The notes beneath the pieces were generated by a model that was not told the DNA's origin, did not search any database, and worked only from the letters and a program-made list of their open reading frames with translations. This document shows, one piece after another, positions 28,343 to 35,589 of a stretch of 64,000 nucleotides of DNA (positions are counted from its first letter, which is position 1; every line of letters starts with the position of its first letter). This DNA is from Alphaproteobacteria bacterium (GTDB lineage: Bacteria; Pseudomonadota; Alphaproteobacteria; RF32; CAG-239): positions 15,079 to 79,078 of the forward strand of contig JAFXPE010000004.1 in assembly GCA_017528205.1 (NCBI GenBank). Reading direction: 5' to 3'. The position numbers were made by a program, and so were the translations under genes.

Positions 28343-29284
28343 ATGCACAAAATTCAAAGAGTAAATTTCAATATTTTTCCTGAGAAACTGTTTGCGTTTG
28401 CAAAGTTTGACGAATTTTTGGTTGACGATACTTATTTATACCTCAGAACCTACGGGCACGAAGGAAAATATGAATTTGACAGCGCCATTTCTCCTTTTGA
28501 AAATATGATACAAGCCACAATACGCTTTATAAATTCGGTTCTGACGCCGGAGCGAATGCAATTGTTTGCCCAAACCGTAAATCCGTCGGCCATAATTTTA
28601 CCGGTTCACGGTTTTCATTATATCGGTTGTTCAAACAAAGTTTATACCTTTGAAACCGATAACACCAGCTCAAATTTAATGACCGTATTGACCACCATCA
28701 AACTTCATCATGCGCTGGGCATGGATTATTCTTTCAGCTGTCGACAGTTGGAAAAAGTTTCGCGCAATGCCTCGTCTTTAATTCATCGCATTGCCAACCC
28801 TACTCCGCTTGATGCCGATATTGTTAAGGGCAAAGAATATATTGCCTTTGATGACCATATCCATTCCGGCAGCACGGTGGCAAATTTGCTGGGAGTTATT
28901 GCGGCCAAGCAAGGCCAATGCAACACTATAATGTGTTTGGCCACCAATCCCATTGTTAAAAAACTGAAGTTGCGGCAATCCACATTGGATAAAATCAGAA
29001 CAAATCCGCTGTATTCTTCTTTAGAAAGCAAGTGGGCGGACTTATTCGGGTTTGATTTTGCGGGCTTAACCGAGGTTGAAGCGAAGTTACTGCTGAATAA
29101 CTACGTTAAAAAGAATATTGACGTTATCGCCGAAATCAAAAAATATAATCCGGCCGAATATGTCCCGACTTACGATAAATCCCTGTGGCCAGTTCTTACG
29201 GCCAAAGAAACTTATAACAGCCTGAGCGAACTCGGAATGCCCGGCTATGGAATTAAACTTATCAATACGGCACAAAAAATATGA
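28343..29284 (+). CDS. Hypothetical protein with a type-I phosphoribosyltransferase-like PRPP-binding motif
   Basis: ...KEYIAFDDHIHSGSTVANLLG... matches the hydrophobic-x4-D-D-x-x-x-S/T-G-x-T PRPP loop of type I PRTases. The rest of the protein is not classifiable by eye. Confidence 0.35.
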   Translation: MHKIQRVNFNIFPEKLFAFAKFDEFLVDDTYLYLRTYGHEGKYEFDSAISPFENMIQATIRFINSVLTPERMQLFAQTVNPSAIILPVHGFHYIGCSNKVYTFETDNTSSNLMTVLTTIKLHHALGMDYSFSCRQLEKVSRNASSLIHRIANPTPLDADIVKGKEYIAFDDHIHSGSTVANLLGVIAAKQGQCNTIMCLATNPIVKKLKLRQSTLDKIRTNPLYSSLESKWADLFGFDFAGLTEVEAKLLLNNYVKKNIDVIAEIKKYNPAEYVPTYDKSLWPVLTAKETYNSLSELGMPGYGIKLINTAQKI

Positions 29285-30057
29285 ATCACCGGCAACACAT
29301 AACCGATATTTTGAATGCTTACAGAAAGAAAAGTATTGTTCCCGACAGCAATTTTTCGGTTGCTTGCGTTATTGAAGACACCAACCGCAATCTTTACCCC
29401 GGCGCCAACATAGAATTTATCGACCGCACGCTCGGAATATGCGCCGAAGGAGCCGCTATTTGCAAAATGCTTGCGGAGCGCGGCTATCAGGTTATTCAAA
29501 ATATTTGGCTGATGGGAGGTGACGCTCAACCGGCCGCGGATATGCCGGAAGATATGCTTTTTCCTTGCGGCATCTGTCTGCAACGGCTGGGTGAATTGGC
29601 GGCAAAAGATGCGAAAGTAAAGATAATATCCCCTATCGATAATCATCTCACCGATTTCAATTTGAGTGATTTGTTACCTCATATCAATAAGTTTACCGAC
29701 TATTTTGATTTTAAACCTTATGATTTATGCGGAGAGCTTGATTTTAACGATATCCCCTCCGCGTTGCAAATGCTTAAGGCCAGAAGTTTTATTCCGGACC
29801 GTAAAAAAAACGAGGCGGTGATTTTGCAAACTCAAGGCAATCACTTTTGTTATGGCGTATATTTTGCAACCTGTTGCTACAAGGCCGATATTCCCGCCAT
29901 AAATATGGCCATGTATAATTATTTGTTGTCGGATTATGCGACGGAAAAAATCTCGCGGGTATATTATTCTGCCGAAAATTCTTTGTTGCAAATTCATCCG
30001 GAATTTTCTAAACTCTTAAAAGATGCGGTTTTGACGGAGATAAAAATTGAAAACTGA
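29281..30057 (+). CDS. Cytidine/deoxycytidylate-deaminase-fold (CDA) zinc enzyme, two-domain architecture
   Basis: Zinc-ligand motifs C-A-E (...RTLGICAEGAAICKM...) and P-C-x-x-C (...LFPCGICLQRLGEL...) in the N-terminal ~125 aa. A second degenerate CDA-like half follows, as in dimeric two-domain Cdd. It overlaps the upstream gene by 4 nt. Confidence 0.65.
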   Translation: MNHRQHITDILNAYRKKSIVPDSNFSVACVIEDTNRNLYPGANIEFIDRTLGICAEGAAICKMLAERGYQVIQNIWLMGGDAQPAADMPEDMLFPCGICLQRLGELAAKDAKVKIISPIDNHLTDFNLSDLLPHINKFTDYFDFKPYDLCGELDFNDIPSALQMLKARSFIPDRKKNEAVILQTQGNHFCYGVYFATCCYKADIPAINMAMYNYLLSDYATEKISRVYYSAENSLLQIHPEFSKLLKDAVLTEIKIEN

Positions 30058-30496
30058 GTGCAATGACATTTATTCTTTGATTTTATTTAAGCCCGATGTT
30101 TATTCGCGAAACCTCAGCGATGCCATTTTGCAAGAATTTCATAACAACGGTTTGGAAGTCGTTTATCATAAAAAAATGCAACTGACCGAAAAAATGTTAC
30201 GCGCCTATCAACCTTTGCTCAACGAGCCCGACGATTTTGGCGAAACGGCATGGCAGTATGACATTATAAACGCATATACCCGCGTGCCGACCGATGTTTT
30301 TTTGTTAAAAGGGCCGAATGCCCTTGAAAAAACCAATGAAATCAAACAATATTTGCGCGATAAGTATATTCCCGGCGAAAATAAGTATATCATCTATAAT
30401 TTGCTGCATACGGCTGATGATGCGGCTGATTTGGAACTTAATGTCGGTGTGCTTATTCCGGAAAAGCTGGATTTGCTTAAAAAAAGGAGAGATTGA
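30047..30496 (+). CDS. Divergent nucleoside-diphosphate-kinase (NDK)-fold protein
   Basis: ...LILFKPDVYSRNLSDAILQEF...GLEVV... (NDK: [25 protein letters not shown].LV) and an active-site-His-like motif ...YNLLHTADDAADLE... (NDK: NIIHGSDSVESAEKE). Confidence 0.55.
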   Translation: MKTECNDIYSLILFKPDVYSRNLSDAILQEFHNNGLEVVYHKKMQLTEKMLRAYQPLLNEPDDFGETAWQYDIINAYTRVPTDVFLLKGPNALEKTNEIKQYLRDKYIPGENKYIIYNLLHTADDAADLELNVGVLIPEKLDLLKKRRD

Positions 30497-30497
30497 G

Positions 30498-31505
30498 ATG
30501 GAAAATTACGAGAAAATCAAAGAAATAAGAGACAGTTTTCTGTCGTTTTATATGATGGCCGGATATAAGTGTGTTGATCCGGCGCCGCTCATTCCCGAAA
30601 ATGACGACACCATTTATTTTTCAAATTCCGCCATTGTGCCGTTCAAAAAATATTTGCAAACCGACTGTCCGAGACTGACCGTTGCGCAAAAGTGTTTACG
30701 CTTTAGGGGCGGCAAAAATTTGTATGATTTGAACGAGCACCCTTATGTGCCTTATTTTAATATGGTCGCCTCAATAACCAACGCCAAACATTGTCAAGAA
30801 GTTGCGGAATTAACGCAGGATTTTTTGTTAAACTCGTTGAATATTCCGGAAAATAAATTATATGCCGATGTTTCTTCTCAAGACCCGGTTATTATCAAAA
30901 ATTTTGAAAAATATTTTGATTTGCACGTTGATAAATTGGAGCAAGACGAATATCGTTGGGGTTTCGGCATAAACGGGGTACACGGCAGAGGGTTGTGCTT
31001 TTCCATGCGTTACGGCGACAACAAAACCGGAGATTTGGGGCAAATTATTCAAATTAACTCCGACAACAACAAAACCAACTATGCCTTTGGGTTCGGAATT
31101 GAAAAGTTTATAAAGATGTCCGAAAATCTTGACCATTTTTACGAAGCCACCTCTATTTACGAAATTACAAAAGATATCCAAGGGCCTTTGGCTTGGCGCT
31201 ATATGAGTTCGTTGTCGTCTTTGTGTTATTTATACAGTCAGAATATTGATTTTGAGGACCCGAAGCATAAAAAACAAAATAAAATTGTCTCGTCATTATT
31301 GCATCAGGTGGCGGTTGTTTCCGAGCTTATGGACATTCCGCTTTCTAAAATTAACGCCGATGCCTACAAATTTTCGATGGTTGAGCTGAACAAAAAAACA
31401 AACGTAGATGCCCTGTTGCGTGATATAAACAACAGAAAGCAAACAACGCGGCACGACAAAGAGTTTCAGCAAATCAGCCGACAATTATCGAGCAAGACGT
31501 ATTAG
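30498..31505 (+). CDS. Stand-alone alanyl-tRNA-synthetase catalytic-core paralog (class II aaRS-like amino-acid ligase, ~335 aa; no tRNA-binding, editing or C-Ala domains)
   Basis: Colinear with the AlaRS N-terminus: [44 protein letters not shown] ~ [63 protein letters not shown] ~ [36 protein letters not shown] ~ W..[26 protein letters not shown] ~ TGMGLERIAAVL. The start is set at MENYEKI, with an aaggaga RBS and a 1-nt gap after the NDK-like stop. Confidence 0.65.
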   Translation: [335 protein letters not shown]

Positions 31506-31647
31506 ATACGCGGGTAATTTTTGCGCATTGTGACGGCACTTCTTCTGCCGTTATTCTCGGCTTGACCGAGTGTCTTTAGAAAACCGGCCATTCTTTCCGC
31601 CGGAATGAACAGCGCCGTAAGTGTTGCAACAACTTTAATGTTAACAG

Positions 31648-31665
31648 TTGTCAGATTGTGACATT
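31648..31665. promoter_or_regulatory. Candidate operator: dyad TGTCA-N5-TGACA within an 18-mer that recurs at 33378-33395
   Basis: ttgtcagattgtgacatt lies about 85 nt upstream of the cupin gene. The same 18-mer with one mismatch (g for a) occurs about 80 nt upstream (divergent) of the minus-strand gene starting at 33301. Confidence 0.35.
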
Positions 31666-31748
31666 GATATTCTAAATAATCACAACCGAGATATTTCTGT
31701 TTTACTTTTGGATAAAAATCCCCTACACTATGGCAGAAAAGTTATTTT

Positions 31749-32165
31749 ATGAAGGAAATCAATATGTATAAATATTTAATTGCTCTTTTTGTTTGTTGTT
31801 TTGCGTTCAACGCCTCGGCCGCCACTTCGGAGATTTTGCAAAAATCGCAAAGTTCTTGGAACAACGCCCCGATTAAGCAGATGAATTTAACCGAGCCGGA
31901 AGTGACAGTTGTGCGTATTCAAATTCCGCAAGGCGAAAAATTGCCGCTGCATCAGCACCCGATTTTGAACGTCGGCTATCTGACCAAGGGCGAGTTGACC
32001 GTGCATACCGAAGCCGGCGATGTTTTGATTTTGAAGGCCGGAGATCCGATTATCGAGGTTATCGACACTTGGCACTACGGCGAAAGCACCGGCAATGAAG
32101 ATGCCGAAATCGTGGTGGTTTATGTGGGCAATAAGGGCGATACCTTTACCGAAACCAAAGAATAG
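31749..32165 (+). CDS. Secreted cupin-domain protein
   Basis: A signal peptide, then ...PQGEKLPLHQHPILNVGYLTKGELTVHTEAGDVLILKAGDPI..., which is a cupin two-His motif pattern. Confidence 0.5.
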   Translation: MKEINMYKYLIALFVCCFAFNASAATSEILQKSQSSWNNAPIKQMNLTEPEVTVVRIQIPQGEKLPLHQHPILNVGYLTKGELTVHTEAGDVLILKAGDPIIEVIDTWHYGESTGNEDAEIVVVYVGNKGDTFTETKE

Positions 32166-32207
32166 CCCTACCTTATTCTGCGCGCATAAATTTTGAGGAA
32201 TATCCAA

Positions 32208-32909
32208 ATGAAGACAATTGTTGCCATCGGCGGCGGAGAAACCGGTCGTGTCATAAAATCAGAAGACGGTACGGAATATCAAACGCCGCTGGAAACTACA
32301 CCTATCGACAAATTGATTATTCGGTTGGCTAACAAGCCGCACCCAAAGGTTTTGTTTATTGGTACGGCAACGCACGATAAACCCGCGTATCCGGAGTTTA
32401 TACGCCGGCAATATGTTGGAAATTTGGGCTGTTCCTCTCTTGAAACTTTGTGTATAGAAACCGAACACCTGTCTTTTGACGAGATAAGAAACAAGGTGCT
32501 TGCCGCTGATATAATTTATGTCGGCGGGGGCGATACGACGCATATGCTGAAAGTGTGGAAAGAGCAGCAACTCGACGTGATTTTGCGCGAGGCTTACGAA
32601 AAAGGTGTTATTTTGGCGGGCATATCCGCCGGAGCCATTTGTTGGTTTGAATGGTATGATAATATGGATGACATCGACACCATTGATGATTTGGCGTTGG
32701 TGCCGGGGCTCGGTTTTGTAAAGGAATTCGGCGTTCCGCACTATAATTGGCTCAGCAAAGAAGAGCGAGACAAAATAAATTTGCTGCTGAAGGCAAAGAA
32801 TATTTCCGGCATTGCCATAGACGATTGCGCGGCCGTTGTTTTTAGGGATAATAACATCGAGTTTATCTCTGATGCCGATTATGGCTCAACCGTCAGATAC
32901 ATTCCGTAA
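32208..32909 (+). CDS. Peptidase S51 (dipeptidase E / cyanophycinase-like) family protein
   Basis: MKTIVAIGGGE...VLFIGTATHD...IIYVGGGDTTHMLKVWKE...ILAGISAGAICWFE... (the Ser-nucleophile GxSAG context). The start was set at ATG 32208, with a gaggaa RBS. Confidence 0.65.
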   Translation: MKTIVAIGGGETGRVIKSEDGTEYQTPLETTPIDKLIIRLANKPHPKVLFIGTATHDKPAYPEFIRRQYVGNLGCSSLETLCIETEHLSFDEIRNKVLAADIIYVGGGDTTHMLKVWKEQQLDVILREAYEKGVILAGISAGAICWFEWYDNMDDIDTIDDLALVPGLGFVKEFGVPHYNWLSKEERDKINLLLKAKNISGIAIDDCAAVVFRDNNIEFISDADYGSTVRYIP

Positions 32910-32917
32910 TTTCCATC

Positions 32918-33301
32918 TTATATTCCAAGTCCGCGCAAGCAAACCAAAACGAAGGCCGCGATTAACGCCACAACGGCCAAAACGCAAGCCATAATTGCCA
33001 TCCATTTGAAGATATTTTCAGATATTTTATCAAGTAGCGGCGTTTCCAAAAAATCTTTGGGCAAAGCGCCTTTTTCCTGAAGCAAAATTATAAAAATCAG
33101 CAAGGCCATACCAATCAAGCCACCGCGTTCTTCCACGCCAATTCCGAGTGCCGCAGTGATGCAATATCCGCATACGGCAAAGGCGAATATAAGACAAACG
33201 AGGATAAATTTGCTGATTATCCAAGCTTTAATTTCCTGCTCGGTTATGTCTGAAGGCTTGTTTTTCATAATTTGCCTCACGGTTAACATCTCTTTTATCA
33301 A
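32918..33301 (-). CDS. Small membrane protein (127 aa)
   Basis: Three predicted TM helices; no family. Confidence 0.4.
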   Translation of the reverse strand: MIKEMLTVRQIMKNKPSDITEQEIKAWIISKFILVCLIFAFAVCGYCITAALGIGVEERGGLIGMALLIFIILLQEKGALPKDFLETPLLDKISENIFKWMAIMACVLAVVALIAAFVLVCLRGLGI

Positions 33302-33388
33302 AATATGGCATTTTTTCCGTTATCTTGCTCTATTATACACCATATTCGCGGGTGCTCAAGCAAAATCGGATTTAGAATTGTCAGATTG

Positions 33389-33436
33389 TGGCATTTATTT
33401 CGAAATATTATAAACCCGCCGTGTTTCCGTGGCGGT
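33389..33436. repeat. 48-bp direct repeat, copy 1 (tggcatttatttcgaaatattataaacccgccgtgtttccgtggcggt), contains a ccgcc/ggcgg hairpin
   Basis: Identical to 34964-35011 except for one position (t versus g), by direct comparison. Confidence 0.85.
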
Positions 33437-33552
33437 CTAAAGTAAAAGCCGAGCGTTCAACCCGGCTTGTATTGTTACAAAACTATATCTTTCTAAATAA
33501 GTCTTTGCAAATCATCTAAAACATCAGCTAATTTCATTAAAGAAAAGAATGT

Positions 33553-34830
33553 TTATTCCCCATCTACAGGATGAAAAATTCCATCCTCGACGTATCCATA
33601 TTTTCCATTTTCATAATGATAGAAGCGATTGTCCATATTTTCTTTATGAATAATTACAGGTTTTTGAGAAACAACGACTGAATCATCCGGCACATCAATA
33701 GCTACAGCACATCCTGCACCAATTCTGACATTATTTCCTATTCTTATCTTTCCTATAATTGTAGCACCCGCTCCTATAAGTACATTATCTCCTATTTCAG
33801 GCGATCCATTTTTAGAAGAACCTTTTGTCGTATTTGAACCAATAGTAACATTTTGATAAATAACGCAACGCTTTCCTATTTTGGCCCCTCCTGATACGAA
33901 AATACCATGAAATCCATGTGGAAGCGTTGGAATTGTTGCCCATTTTGACCCACTACCAATCCAACATCCTTTACTATTACACAATTCATTATAAACTCGT
34001 TCATAACGAATTTTTTCATCTCCTGACTTTTTCATAACAAGATCTTTTAATACCCATAAATTATTATGAACTTCTTTTAAAATATCATTGTCATTCACTT
34101 GTTTAGTATAAATTGATCCACTTTTATTTTCATTTGGTAGCATACTGTTTAATAATAATTCGAATTTATTTAGTCTATTTTCTAATGCATCACAATATTG
34201 GGTGAGAAGCTGATTTTGCTTCAATAAATTATCTGCGGTAATTCTATCAACTATCTTATCAATATTTGATATTATTTCATCACATGAGTAAATCGGCTGA
34301 GATAAGATAAATTCTTTCAACTCTGTCTTATCATAGCTATACGGACATATTTTTAAATTAAGTACTATTTTATCTCCTTCCTTAACAGATTTTTCATATT
34401 TAAAAGGTTCATCATGCCATGCAGTAACGGGCTTTGTTAATATTTCTTCACCATCTATTTTAAGAGATGTATAGCATATTTTCAGAGGAAATCTTTTGCC
34501 ATTTATACGTTTATCTTTTCCTCTAAAATCTATTTTAAGTCTACCTGCCTGAGAAATGCCCATAACCAATTCTCGTTCGCATGTATCTCCCTCTATTAAA
34601 ACCCCTTGCCCACGTTCATTTTTGAACCACTCCGGATAAGATATTTTAAGATTTTCTCCTTCAACAGTTATTGTTCCATTTTGTGCGTCATAAATTTTTG
34701 CATCTATCCTAAAAGATAACAACTCCTTTTGTATTTTGGGAAGTATATTATTAATAACTGATGTTATATCACTCATTCTGCTCTCCATTGTTGGAATAAC
34801 ATTCTCCATATTATTAGTATAATGGCACAA
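33553..34830 (-). CDS. Two-domain protein: uncharacterised ~250-aa N-terminal domain fused to a serine-acetyltransferase-like hexapeptide (LbH) acyltransferase domain
   Basis: The C-terminus ...GIFVSGGAKIGKRCVIYQNVTIGSN...GSPEIGDNVLIGAGATIIGKIRIGNNVRIGAGCAV... is colinear with the CysE/SAT C-terminal domain. The N-terminal part has no recognisable motif. The gene looks more AT-rich than its flanks. Confidence 0.55.
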   Translation of the reverse strand: MCHYTNNMENVIPTMESRMSDITSVINNILPKIQKELLSFRIDAKIYDAQNGTITVEGENLKISYPEWFKNERGQGVLIEGDTCERELVMGISQAGRLKIDFRGKDKRINGKRFPLKICYTSLKIDGEEILTKPVTAWHDEPFKYEKSVKEGDKIVLNLKICPYSYDKTELKEFILSQPIYSCDEIISNIDKIVDRITADNLLKQNQLLTQYCDALENRLNKFELLLNSMLPNENKSGSIYTKQVNDNDILKEVHNNLWVLKDLVMKKSGDEKIRYERVYNELCNSKGCWIGSGSKWATIPTLPHGFHGIFVSGGAKIGKRCVIYQNVTIGSNTTKGSSKNGSPEIGDNVLIGAGATIIGKIRIGNNVRIGAGCAVAIDVPDDSVVVSQKPVIIHKENMDNRFYHYENGKYGYVEDGIFHPVDGE

Positions 34831-34963
34831 ATGCTAATATTTCAATAAAATTTAAATAATGTTCATTGAAATATTATACAAGATATAGAATACTCTTCTT
34901 CAACCTTATTATTCCTTTCATCTCACTTTATACAAGAACTAATTTTACACTTATGACAAATAT

Positions 34964-35011
34964 TGGCATTTATTTCGAAATATTATAAACCCGCCGGGTT
35001 TCCGTGGCGGT
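34964..35011. repeat. 48-bp direct repeat, copy 2
   Basis: tggcatttatttcgaaatattataaacccgccgggtttccgtggcggt; see copy 1. Confidence 0.85.
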
Positions 35012-35030
35012 TTGACGGATGAATTACAAA

Positions 35031-35573
35031 TTAAAGTAATTTGATTATCTTTGCTTCAACTTCTTTCATATCCGCAGTAGGTTCAAAGCGTTCTATCACA
35101 ACTCCATCGCGGTTTATCAAAAACTTGGTAAAATTCCATTTGATATCCGGCTTTTTATCCCAATCCGGATCTGCCTTGCCAAGCATATCCGCCAAAAGTG
35201 CGGCTAATTTATGTTCGCCAAATCCCGCAAAACCTTTCTCAGATTTCAAAAAGGTATATAACGGCAGCTCATTTGCACCATTCACATCAGATTTTTTCAT
35301 TTGCGGAAATTTTGTGTTATAGTGTAATTGGCAAAACTCGTGCACTTCAGCGTCAGTTCCCGGTGTTTGGTGTCCGAATTGATTGCAAGGAATATCTATT
35401 ATTTCCAATCCATTATCGTGATATTTTTCATAAAGAGTTTCTATTGCCTCGTATTGCGGGGTAAAACCACAACCGGTTGCCGTATTCACAATCAGCAACA
35501 CTTTGCCTTTTAAGTCAACCAGATTCAGTTTTTCTCCGTTTGGTTTTGGTACATTGTAGTCATAAATGCTCAT
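35031..35573 (-). CDS. gpx: Glutathione peroxidase
   Basis: ...VNTATGCGFTPQYEAIETLYEKY...IPCNQFGHQTPG... matches the GPx active-site and FPCNQF motifs. Confidence 0.85.
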   Translation of the reverse strand: MSIYDYNVPKPNGEKLNLVDLKGKVLLIVNTATGCGFTPQYEAIETLYEKYHDNGLEIIDIPCNQFGHQTPGTDAEVHEFCQLHYNTKFPQMKKSDVNGANELPLYTFLKSEKGFAGFGEHKLAALLADMLGKADPDWDKKPDIKWNFTKFLINRDGVVIERFEPTADMKEVEAKIIKLL

Positions 35574-35589
35574 TTGATTTCTCCTTTAT

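Noticed and set aside
30318-30497. Upstream extension of the AlaRS-like ORF to 30318
   Set aside because: The extension overlaps the NDK-like gene in another frame and encodes a Cys/Ile-rich nonsense peptide. An RBS (aaggaga) plus ATG at 30498 gives a start directly after the NDK-like stop.
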